64,000 bases of DNA from Eledone cirrhosa (taxonomy: Eukaryota). Positions 1 through 14,000 of the stretch are shown in pieces. The first letter of the stretch is position 1. Each line of letters opens with the position of its first letter. Made by a program: the position numbers and the translations under genes. The stretch is taken from positions 2,170,001 to 2,234,000 of the forward strand of contig OZ024759.1 of assembly GCA_964016885.1 (NCBI GenBank), in the 5' to 3' direction. The notes beneath the pieces were generated by a model. That model worked only from the letters and a program-made list of their open reading frames with translations, was not told where the DNA came from and searched no databases.

Positions 1-249
1 GTCTATATTAGTAACATGACACAGTCTATATTAGTAACATGACAAAGTCTATATTAGTAACATGGCAAAGTCTATATTATAACATGACAAAGTCTATATT
101 AGTAACATGACAAAGTCTATATTAGTAACATGACACAGTCTATATTAGTAACATGACAAAGTCTATATTAGTAACATGACAAAGTCTATATTAGTAACAT
201 GACAAAGTCTATATTAGTAACATGACAAAGTCTATATTAGTAACATGAC

Positions 250-3200
250 AAAGTCTATATTAGTAGCATGACAAAGTCTATATTAGTAACATGACAAAGT
301 CTATATTAGTAACATGACACAGTCTATATTAGTAACATGACAAAGTCTATATTAGTAGCATGACAAAGTCTATATTAGTAACATGACAAAGTCTATATTA
401 GTAACATGACAAAGTCTATATTAGTAACATGACAAAGTCTATATTAGTAACATGACAAAGTCTATATTAGTAACATGACACAGTCTATATTAGTAACATG
501 ACAGTCTATATTAGTAACATGACAGTCTACATTAGTAACATGACACAGTCAATATTAGTAACATGACAAAGTCGATATTAGTAACATGACAATGTCTATA
601 TTAGTAACATGACAAAGTCTATATTAGTAACATGACAAAGTCTATATTAGTAACATGACAAAGTCTATATTAGTAACATGACACAGTCTATATTAGTAAC
701 ATGACAAAGTCTATATTAGTAGCATGACAAAGTCTATATTAGTAACATGACAACGTCTATATTAGTAACATGACAAAGTCTATATTAGTAACATGACAAA
801 GTCTATATTAGTAACATGACAAAGTCTATATTAGTAACATGACACAGTCTATATTAGTAACATGACAGTCTATATTAGTAACATGACAGTCTACATTAGT
901 AACATGACACAGTCTATATTAGTAACATGACAAAGTCGATATTAGTAACATGACAATGTCTATATTAGTAACATGACAAAGTCTATATTAGTAACATGAC
1001 ACAGTCTATATTAGTAACATGACAAAGTCTATATTAGTAACATGGCAAAGTCTATATTATAACATGACAAAGTCTATATTAGTAACATGACAAAGTCTAT
1101 ATTAGTAACATGACAAAGTCTATATTAGTAACATGACAGTCTATATTAGTAACATGACACAGTCTATATTAGTAACATGACACAGTCTATATTAGTAACA
1201 TGACAAAGTCTATATTAGTAACATGACAAAGTCTATATTAGTAACATGACAGTCTATATTAGTAGCATGACAAAGTCTATATTAGTAACATGACACAGTC
1301 TATATTAGTAGCATGACACAGTCTATATTAGTAACATGACAAAGTCTATATTAGTAACATGACAAAGTCTATATTAGTAACATGACAAAGTCTATATTAG
1401 TAACATGACAAAGTCTATATTAGTAGCATGACAAAGTCTATATTAGTAACATGACAAAGTCTATATTAGTAACATGACAAAGTCTATGTTAGTAACATGA
1501 CAAAGTCTATATTAGTAACATGACAAAGTCTATATTAGTAACATGACAAAGTCTATATTAGTAACATGACACAGTCTATATTAGTAACATGACAGTCTAT
1601 ATTAGTAACATGACAGTCTACATTAGTAACATGACACAGTCTATATTAGTAACATGACACAGTCTATATTAGTAACATGACAGTCTATATTAGTAACATG
1701 ACAGTCTACATTAGTAACATGACACAGTCTATATTAGTAACATGACAAAGTCGATATTAGTAACATGACAATGTCTATATTAGTAACATGACAAAGTCTA
1801 TATTAGTAACATGACACAGTCTATATTAGTAACATGACAAAGTCTATATTAGTAACATGACAAAGTCTATATTAGTAGCATGACAAAGTCTATATTAGTA
1901 ACATGACAAAGTCTATATTAGTAACATGACACAGTCTATATTAGTAACATGACAAAGTCTATATTAGTAGCATGACAAAGTCTATATTAGTAACATGACA
2001 AAGTCTATATTAGTAACATGACAAAGTCTATATTAGTAACATGACAAAGTCTATATTAGTAACATGACAAAGTCTATATTAGTAACATGACACAGTCTAT
2101 ATTAGTAACATGACAGTCTATATTAGTAACATGACAGTCTACATTAGTAACATGACACAGTCTATATTAGTAACATGACAAAGTCGATATTAGTAACATG
2201 ACAATGTCTATATTAGTAACATGACAAAGTCTATATTAGTAACATGACAAAGTCTATATTAGTAACATGACAAAGTCTATATTAGTAACATGACACAGTC
2301 TATATTAGTAACATGACAAAGTCTATATTAGTAGCATGACAAAGTCTATATTAGTAACATGACAACGTCTATATTAGTAACATGACAAAGTCTATATTAG
2401 TAACATGACAAAGTCTATATTAGTAACATGACAAAGTCTATATTAGTAACATGACACAGTCTATATTAGTAACATGACAGTCTATATTAGTAACATGACA
2501 GTCTACATTAGTAACATGACACAGTCTATATTAGTAACATGACAAAGTCGATATTAGTAACATGACAATGTCTATATTAGTAACATGACAAAGTCTATAT
2601 TAGTAACATGACACAGTCTATATTAGTAACATGACAAAGTCTATATTAGTAACATGGCAAAGTCTATATTATAACATGACAAAGTCTATATTAGTAACAT
2701 GACAAAGTCTATATTAGTAACATGACAAAGTCTATATTAGTAACATGACAGTCTATATTAGTAACATGACACAGTCTATATTAGTAACATGACACAGTCT
2801 ATATTAGTAACATGACAAAGTCTATATTAGTAACATGACAAAGTCTATATTAGTAACATGACAGTCTATATTAGTAGCATGACAAAGTCTATATTAGTAA
2901 CATGACACAGTCTATATTAGTAGCATGACACAGTCTATATTAGTAACATGACAAAGTCTATATTAGTAACATGACAAAGTCTATATTAGTAACATGACAA
3001 AGTCTATATTAGTAACATGACAAAGTCTATATTAGTAGCATGACAAAGTCTATATTAGTAACATGACAAAGTCTATATTAGTAACATGACAAAGTCTATG
3101 TTAGTAACATGACAAAGTCTATATTAGTAACATGACAAAGTCTATATTAGTAGCATGACAAAGTCTATATTAGTAACATGACAAAGTCTATATTAGTAAC

Positions 3201-5050
3201 ATGACAAAGTCTATGTTAGTAACATGACAAAGTCTATATTAGTAACATGACAAAGTCTATATTAGTAACATGACAAAGTCTATATTAGTAACATGACACA
3301 GTCTATATTAGTAACATGACAGTCTATATTAGTAACATGACAGTCTACATTAGTAACATGACACAGTCTATATTAGTAACATGACACAGTCTATATTAGT
3401 AACATGACAGTCTATATTAGTAACATGACAGTCTACATTAGTAACATGACACAGTCTATATTAGTAACATGACAAAGTCGATATTAGTAACATGACAATG
3501 TCTATATTAGTAACATGACAAAGTCTATATTAGTAACATGACACAGTCTATATTAGTAACATGACAAAGTCTATATTAGTAACATGACAAAGTCTATATT
3601 AGTAGCATGACAAAGTCTATATTAGTAACATGACAAAGTCTATATTAGTAACATGACACAGTCTATATTAGTAACATGACAAAGTCTATATTAGTAGCAT
3701 GACAAAGTCTATATTAGTAACATGACAAAGTCTATATTAGTAACATGACAAAGTCTATATTAGTAACATGACAAAGTCTATATTAGTAACATGACAAAGT
3801 CTATATTAGTAACATGACACAGTCTATATTAGTAACATGACAGTCTATATTAGTAACATGACAGTCTACATTAGTAACATGACACAGTCTATATTAGTAA
3901 CATGACAAAGTCGATATTAGTAACATGACAATGTCTATATTAGTAACATGACAAAGTCTATATTAGTAACATGACAAAGTCTATATTAGTAACATGACAA
4001 AGTCTATATTAGTAACATGACACAGTCTATATTAGTAACATGACAAAGTCTATATTAGTAGCATGACAAAGTCTATATTAGTAACATGACAACGTCTATA
4101 TTAGTAACATGACAAAGTCTATATTAGTAACATGACAAAGTCTATATTAGTAACATGACAAAGTCTATATTAGTAACATGACACAGTCTATATTAGTAAC
4201 ATGACAGTCTATATTAGTAACATGACAGTCTACATTAGTAACATGACACAGTCTATATTAGTAACATGACAAAGTCGATATTAGTAACATGACAATGTCT
4301 ATATTAGTAACATGACAAAGTCTATATTAGTAACATGACACAGTCTATATTAGTAACATGACAAAGTCTATATTAGTAACATGGCAAAGTCTATATTATA
4401 ACATGACAAAGTCTATATTAGTAACATGACAAAGTCTATATTAGTAACATGACAAAGTCTATATTAGTAACATGACAGTCTATATTAGTAACATGACACA
4501 GTCTATATTAGTAACATGACACAGTCTATATTAGTAACATGACAAAGTCTATATTAGTAACATGACAAAGTCTATATTAGTAACATGACAGTCTATATTA
4601 GTAGCATGACAAAGTCTATATTAGTAACATGACACAGTCTATATTAGTAGCATGACACAGTCTATATTAGTAACATGACAAAGTCTATATTAGTAACATG
4701 ACAAAGTCTATATTAGTAACATGACAAAGTCTATATTAGTAACATGACAAAGTCTATATTAGTAGCATGACAAAGTCTATATTAGTAACATGACAAAGTC
4801 TATATTAGTAACATGACAAAGTCTATGTTAGTAACATGACAAAGTCTATATTAGTAACATGACAAAGTCTATATTAGTAACATGACAAAGTCTATATTAG
4901 TAACATGACACAGTCTATATTAGTAACATGACAGTCTATATTAGTAACATGACAGTCTACATTAGTAACATGACACAGTCTATATTAGTAACATGACAAA
5001 GTCGATATTAGTAACATGACAATGTCTATATTAGTAACATGACAAAGTCT
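250..5050. repeat. About three tandem copies of a 1.6-1.7 kb higher-order block
   Basis: GACAACGTC marker at 754, 2366, 4093 and the GGC plus 22-bp monomer marker at 1044, 2656, 4383 both give spacings of 1612 then 1727 bp (difference 115 = 5 monomers). Confidence 0.85.
574..937. repeat. Example of the basic 16-monomer, 364-bp higher-order repeat unit (14 x 23 bp + 2 x 21 bp)
   Basis: The GTCGAT variant G lies at 574 and 938 (364 apart). The same 364 spacing occurs at 24451/24815, 32761/33125, 37802/38166 and 57314/57678, each preceded by the ordered cassette 21-mer, 21-mer, GTCTAC monomer, consensus, GTCGAT…GACAAT monomer. Confidence 0.85.
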
Positions 5051-8000
5051 ATATTAGTAACATGACAAAGTCTATATTAGTAACATGACACAGTCTATAT
5101 TAGTAGCATGACAAAGTCTATATTAGTAACATGACAAAGTCTATATTAGTAGCATGACACAGTCTATATTAGTAACATGACAAAGTCTATATTAGTAACA
5201 TGACAGTCTATATTAGTAACATGACACAGTCTATATTAGTAACATGACACAGTCTATATTAGTAACATGACACAGTCTATATTAGTAACATGACAAAGTC
5301 TATATTAGTAACATGACACATTCTATATTAGTAACATGACACAGTCTATATTAGTAGCATGACAAAGTCTATGTTAGTAACATGACACAGTCTATATTAG
5401 TAGCATCACACAGTCTATATTAGTAACATGACAAAGTCTATATTAGTAACATGACAAAGTCTATATTAGTAACATGACAAAGTCTATATTAGTAACATGA
5501 CAAAGTCTATATTAGTAACATGACAGTCTATATTAGTAACATGACACAGTCTATATTAGTAACATGACACAGTCTATATTAGTAACATGACAAAGTCTAT
5601 ATTAGTAACATGACAAAGTCTATATTAGTAACATGACACAGTCTATATTAGTAGCATGACAAAGTCTATATTAGTAACATGACACAGTCTATATTAGTAG
5701 CATGACACAGTCTATATTAGTAACATGACAAAGTCTATATTAGTAACATGACAAAGTCTATATTAGTAACATAACAAAGTCTATATTAGTAACATGACAA
5801 AGTCTATATTAGTAGCATGACAAAGTCTATATTAGTAACATGACAAAGTCTATATTAGTAACATGACAAAGTCTATGTTAATAACATGACAAAGTCTATA
5901 TTAGTAACATGACAAAGTCTATATTAGTAACATGACAAAGTCTATATTAGTAACATGACACAGTCTATATTAGTAACATGACAGTCTATATTAGTAACAT
6001 GACAGTCTACATTAGTAACATGACACAGTCTATATTAGTAACATGACAAAGTCGATATTAGTAACATGACAATGTCTATATTAGTAACATGACAAAGTCT
6101 ATATTAGTAACATGACACAGTCTATATTAGTAACATGACAAAGTCTATATTAGTAACATGGCAAAGTCTATATTATAACGTGACAAAGTCTATATTAGTA
6201 ACATGACAAAGTCTATATTAGTAACATGACACAGTCTATATTAGTAACATGACAAAGTCTATATTAGTAACATGACAAAGTCTATATTAGTAACATGACA
6301 AAGTCTATATTAGTAACATGACAAAGTCTATATTAGTAACATGACAAAGTCTATATTAGTATCATGACAAAGTCTATATTAGTAACATGACAAAGTCTAT
6401 ATTAGTAACATGACACAGTCTATATTAGTAACATGACAAAGTCGATATTAGTAACATGACAATGTCTATATTAGTAACATGACAAAGTCTATATTAGTAA
6501 CATGACAAAGTCTATATTAGTAACATGACAAAGTCTATATTAGTAACATGACACAGTCTATATTAGTAACATGACAAAGTCTATATTAGTAGCATGACAA
6601 AGTCTATATTAGTAACATGACAAAGTCTATATTAGTAACATGACAAAGTCTATATTAGTAACATGACAAAGTCTATATTAGTAACATGACAAAGTCTATA
6701 TTAGTAACATGACACAGTCTATATTAGTAACATGACAGTCTATATTAGTAACATGACAGTCTACATTAGTAACATGACACAGTCTATATTAGTAACATGA
6801 CAAAGTCGATATTAGTAACATGACAATGTCTATATTAGTAACATGACAAAGTCTATATTAGTAACATGACACAGTCTATATTAGTAACATGACAAAGTCT
6901 ATATTAGTAACATGGCAAAGTCTATATTATAACATGACAAAGTCTATATTAGTAACATGACAAAGTCTATATTAGTAACATGACACACTCTATATTAGTA
7001 ACATGACAAAGTCTATATTAGTAACATGACAGTCTACATTAGTAACATGACACAGTCTATATTAGTAACATGACAAAGTCGATATTAGTAACATGACAAT
7101 GTCTATATTAGTAACATGACAAAGTCTATATTAGTAACATGACAAAGTCTATATTAGTAACATGACAAAGTCTATATTAGTAACATGACAAAGTCTATAT
7201 TAGTAACATGACAAAGTCTATATTAGTACCATGACACAGTCTATATTAGTAACATGACAAAGTCTATATTAGTAGCATGACAAAGTCTGTATTAGTAACA
7301 TGACAGTCTATATTAGTAACATGACAAAGTCTATATTAGTAACATGACAAAGTCTATATTAGTAGCATGACAAAGTCTATATTAGTAATATGACAAAGTC
7401 TATATTAGTAACATGACAAAGTCTATATTAGTAACATGACACAGTCTATATTAGTAGCATGACAAAGTCTATATTAGTAACATGACAAAGTCTATATTAG
7501 TAACATGACAAAGTCTATATTAGTAACATGACAAAGTCTATATTAGTAACATGACAAAGTCTATATTAGTAACATGACAGTCTATATTAGTAACATGACA
7601 GTCTACATTAGTAACATGACACAGTCTATATTAGTAACATGACAAAGTCGATATTAGTAACATGACAATGTCTATATTAGTAACATGACAAAGTCTATAT
7701 TAGTAACATGACAAAGTCTATATTAGTAGCATGACAAAGTCTATATTAGTAACATGACAAAGTCTATATTAGTAACATGACAAAGTCTATATTAGTAACA
7801 TGACACAGTCTATATTAGTAACATGACAAAGTCTATATTAGTAGCATGACAAAGTCTATATTAGTAACATGACAAAGTCTATATTAGTAACATGACAAAG
7901 TCTATATTAGTAACATGACAAAGTCTATATTAGTAACATGACAAAGTCTATATTAGTAACATGACACAGTCTATATTAGTAACATGACAGTCTATATTAG

Positions 8001-11000
8001 TAACATGACAGTCTACATTCGTAACATGACACAGTCTATATTAGTAACATGACAGTCTATATTAGTAGCATGACAAAGTCTATATTAGTAACATGACACA
8101 GTCTATATTAGTAGCATGACACAGTCTATATTAGTAACATGACAAAGTCTATATTAGTAACATGACAAAGTCTATATTAGTAACATGACAAAGTCTATAT
8201 TAGTAACATGACAAAGTCTATATTAGTAGCATGACAAAGTCTATATTAGTAACATGACAAAGTCTATATTAGTAACATGGCAAAGTCTATATTAGTAACA
8301 TGACAAAGTCTATATTAGTAACATGACACAGTCTATATTAGTAGCATTACAAAGTCTATATTAGTAACATGACAAAGTCTATATTAGTAGCATGACACAG
8401 TCTATATTAGTAACATGACAAAGTCTATATTAGTAACATGACAGTCTATATTAGTAACATGACACAGTCTATATTATAACATGAGACAGTCTATATTAGT
8501 AACATGACAAAGTCTATATTAGTAACATGACACAGTCTATATTAGTAACATGACACAGTCTATATTAGTAACATGACAAAGTCTATATTAGTAACATGAC
8601 ACAGTCTATATTAGTAACATGACACAGTCTATATTAGTAGCATGACAAAGTCTATGTTAGTAACATGACACAGTCTATATTAGTAGCATCACACAGTCTA
8701 TATTAGTAACATGACAAAGTCTATATTAGTAACATGACAAAGTTTATATTAGTAACATGACAAAGTCTATATTAGTAACATGACAAAGTCTATATTAGTA
8801 ACATGACAGTCTATATTAGTAACATGACACAGTCTATATTAGTAACATGACACAGTCTATATTAGTAACATGACAAAGTCTATATTAGTAACATGACAAT
8901 GTCTATATTAGTAACATGACACAGTCTATATTAGTAGCATGACAAAGTCTATATTAGTAACATGACACAGTCTATATTAGTAGCATGACATAGTCTATAT
9001 TAGTAACATGACAAAGTCTATATTAGTAACATGACAAAGTCTATATTAGTAACATGACAAAGTCTATATTAGTAACATGACAAAGTCTATATTAGTAGCA
9101 TGACAAAGTCTATATTAGTAACATGACAAAGTCTATATTAGTAACATGACAAAGTCTATGTTAGTAACATGACAAAGTCTATATTAGTAACATGACAAAG
9201 TCTATATTAGTAACATGACAAAGTCTATATTAGTAACATGACACAGTCTATATTAGTAACATGACAGTCTATATTAGTAACATGACAGTCTACATTAGTA
9301 ACATGACACAGTCTATATTAGTAACATGACAAAGTCGATATTAGTAACATGACAATGTCTATATTAGTAACATGACAAAGTCTATATTAGTAACATGACA
9401 AAGTCTATATTAGTAACATGACACAGTCTATATTAGTAGCATGACAAAGTCTATATTAGTAACATGACAAAGTCTATATTAGTAGCATGACACAGTCTAT
9501 ATTAGTAACATGACAAAGTCTATATTAGTAACATGACAGTCTATATTAGTAACATGACACAGTCTATATTAGTAACATGACACAGTCTATATTAGTAACA
9601 TGAGACAGTCTATATTAGTAACATGACAAAGTCTATATTAGTAACATGACACAGTCTATATTAGTAACATGACACAGTCTATATTAGTAACATGACAAAG
9701 TCTATATTAGTAACATGACACAGTCTATATTAGTAACATGACACAGTCTATATTAGTAGCATGACAAAGTCTATGTTAGTAACATGACACAGTCTATATT
9801 AGTAGCATCACACAGTCTATATTAGTAACATGACAAAGTCTATATTAGTAACATCACAAAGTCTATATTAGTAACATGACAAAGACTATATTAGTAACAT
9901 GACAAAGTCTATATTAGTAACATGACAGTCTATATTAGTAACATGACACAGTCTATATTAGTAACATGACACAGTCTATATTAGTAACATGACAAAGTCT
10001 ATATTAGTAACATGACAAAGTCTATATTAGTAACATGACACAGTCTATATTAGTAGCATGACAAAGTCTATATTAGTAACATGACACAGTCTATATTAGT
10101 AGCATGACACAGTCTATATTAGTAACATGACAAAGTCTATATTAGTAACATGACAAAGTCTATATTAGTAACATGACAAAGTCTATATTAGTAACATGAC
10201 AAAGTCTATATTAGTAGCATGACAAAGTCTATATTAGTAACATGACAAAGTCTATATTAGTAACATGACACAGTCTATATTAGTAACATGACAAAGTCTA
10301 TATTAGTAACATGACAAAGTCTATATTAGTAACATGACAAAGTCTATATTAGTAACATGACAAAGTCTATATTAGTAACATGACAAAGTCTATATTAGTA
10401 ACATGACACAGTCTATATTAGTAACATGACAGTCTATATTAGTAACATGACAGTCTACATTAGTAACATGACACAGTCTATATTAGTAACATGACAAAGT
10501 CGATATTAGTAACATGACAATGTCTATATTAGTAACATGACAAAGTCTATATTAGTAACATGACAAAGTCTATATTAGTAACATGACACAGTCTATATTA
10601 GTAGCATGACAAAGTCTATATTAGTAACATGACAAAGTCTATATTAGTAGCATGACACAGTCTATATTAGTAACATGACAAAGTCTATATTAGTAACATG
10701 ACAGTCTATATTAGTAACATGACACAGTCTATATTAGTAACATGACACAGTCTATATTAGTAACATGACACAGTCTATATTAGTAACATGACAAAGTCTA
10801 TATTAGTAACATGACACATTCTATATTAGTAACATGACACAGTCTATATTAGTAGCATGACAAAGTCTATGTTAGTAACATGACACAGTCTATATTAGTA
10901 GCATCACACAGTCTATATTAGTAACATGACAAAGTCTATATTAGTAACATGACAAAGTCTATATTAGTAACATGACAAAGTCTATATTAGTAACATGACA

Positions 11001-14000
11001 AAGTCTATATTAGTAACATGACAGTCTATATTAGTAACATGACACAGTCTATATTAGTAACATGACACAGTCTATATTAGTAACATGACAAAGTCTATAT
11101 TAGTAACATGACAAAGTCTATATTAGTAACATGACACAGTCTATATTAGTAGCATGACAAAGTCTATATTAGTAACATGACACAGTCTATATTAGTAGCA
11201 TGACACAGTCTATATTAGTAACATGACAAAGTCTATATTAGTAACATGACAAAGTCTATATTAGTAACATAACAAAGTCTATATTAGTAACATGACAAAG
11301 TCTATATTAGTAGCATGACAAAGTCTATATTAGTAACATGACAAAGTCTATATTAGTAACATGACAAAGTCTATGTTAATAACATGACAAAGTCTATATT
11401 AGTAACATGACAAAGTCTATATTAGTAACATGACAAAGTCTATATTAGTAACATGACACAGTCTATATTAGTAACATGACAGTCTATATTAGTAACATGA
11501 CAGTCTACATTAGTAACATGACACAGTCTATATTAGTAACATGACAAAGTCGATATTAGTAACATGACAATGTCTATATTAGTAACATGACAAAGTCTAT
11601 ATTAGTAACATGACACAGTCTATATTAGTAACATGACAAAGTCTATATTAGTAACATGGCAAAGTCTATATTATAACATGACAAAGTCTATATTAGTAAC
11701 ATGACAAAGTCTATATTAGTAACATGACACAGTCTATATTAGTAACATGACAAAGTCTATATTAGTAACATGACAAAGTCTATATTAGTAACATGACAAA
11801 GTCTATATTAGTAACATGACAAAGTCTATATTAGTAACATGACAAAGTCTATATTAGTATCATGACAAAGTCTATATTAGTAACATGACAAAGTCTATAT
11901 TAGTAACATGACACAGTCTATATTAGTAACATGACAAAGTCGATATTAGTAACATGACAATGTCTATATTAGTAACATGACAAAGTCTATATTAGTAACA
12001 TGACAAAGTCTATATTAGTAACATGACAAAGTCTATATTAGTAACATGACACAGTCTATATTAGTAACATGACAAAGTCTATATTAGTAGCATGACAAAG
12101 TCTATATTAGTAACATGACAAAGTCTATATTAGTAACATGACAAAGTCTATATTAGTAACATGACAAAGTCTATATTAGTAACATGACAAAGTCTATATT
12201 AGTAACATGACACAGTCTATATTAGTAACATGACAGTCTATATTAGTAACATGACAGTCTACATTAGTAACATGACACAGTCTATATTAGTAACATGACA
12301 AAGTCGATATTAGTAACATGACAATGTCTATATTAGTAACATGACAAAGTCTATATTAGTAACATGACACAGTCTATATTAGTAACATGACAAAGTCTAT
12401 ATTAGTAACATGGCAAAGTCTATATTATAACATGACAAAGTCTATATTAGTAACATGACAAAGTCTATATTAGTAACATGACACACTCTATATTAGTAAC
12501 ATGACAAAGTCTATATTAGTAACATGACAGTCTACATTAGTAACATGACACAGTCTATATTAGTAACATGACAAAGTCGATATTAGTAACATGACAATGT
12601 CTATATTAGTAACATGACAAAGTCTATATTAGTAACATGACAAAGTCTATATTAGTAACATGACAAAGTCTATATTAGTAGCATGACAAAGTCTATATTA
12701 GTAATATGACAAAGTCTATATTAGTAACATGACAAAGTCTATATTAGTAACATGACACAGTCTATATTAGTAGCATGACAAAGTCTATATTAGTAACATG
12801 ACAAAGTCTATATTAGTAACATGACAAAGTCTATATTAGTAACATGACAAAGTCTATATTAGTAACATGACAAAGTCTATATTAGTAACATGACAGTCTA
12901 TATTAGTAACATGACAGTCTACATTAGTAACATGACACAGTCTATATTAGTAACATGACAAAGTCGATATTAGTAACATGACAATGTCTATATTAGTAAC
13001 ATGACAAAGTCTATATTAGTAACATGACAAAGTCTATATTAGTAGCATGACAAAGTCTATATTAGTAACATGACAAAGTCTATATTAGTAACATGACAAA
13101 GTCTATATTAGTAACATGACACAGTCTATATTAGTAACATGACAAAGTCTATATTAGTAGCATGACAAAGTCTATATTAGTAACATGACAAAGTCTATAT
13201 TAGTAACATGACAAAGTCTATATTAGTAACATGACAAAGTCTATATTAGTAACATGACAAAGTCTATATTAGTAACATGACACAGTCTATATTAGTAACA
13301 TGACAGTCTATATTAGTAACATGACAGTCTACATTCGTAACATGACACAGTCTATATTAGTAACATGACAGTCTATATTAGTAGCATGACAAAGTCTATA
13401 TTAGTAACATGACACAGTCTATATTAGTAGCATGACACAGTCTATATTAGTAACATGACAAAGTCTATATTAGTAACATGACAAAGTCTATATTAGTAAC
13501 ATGACAAAGTCTATATTAGTAACATGACAAAGTCTATATTAGTAGCATGACAAAGTCTATATTAGTAACATGACAAAGTCTATATTAGTAACATGGCAAA
13601 GTCTATATTAGTAACATGACAAAGTCTATATTAGTAACATGACACAGTCTATATTAGTAGCATTACAAAGTCTATATTAGTAATATGACAAAGTCTATAT
13701 TAGTAGCATGACACAGTCTATATTAGTAACATGACAAAGTCTATATTAGTAACATGACAGTCTATATTAGTAACATGACACAGTCTATATTAGTAACATG
13801 AGACAGTCTATATTAGTAACATGACAAAGTCTATATTAGTAACATGACACAGTCTATATTAGTAACATGACACAGTCTATATTAGTAACATGACAAAGTC
13901 TATATTAGTAACATGACACAGTCTATATTAGTAACATGACACAGTCTATATTAGTAGCATGACAAAGTCTATGTTAGTAACATGACACAGTCTATATTAG

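Noticed and set aside
4-14. TATA-like or -10 promoter-like motif (TATATT) and plasmid iteron interpretation
   Set aside because: The motif is expected by chance in an AT-rich monomer; there is no downstream gene, rep gene or origin context, and iteron arrays have few copies rather than thousands.
1-23. Resemblance of the CTAT(A/G)TTAGT core to Plasmodium falciparum rep20/TARE6 21-bp subtelomeric repeat
   Set aside because: Based only on my recollection of a short AT-rich core, not a search. The unit here is 23 bp, much more homogeneous, and the remainder does not match as I recall it; a BLAST comparison would settle it.
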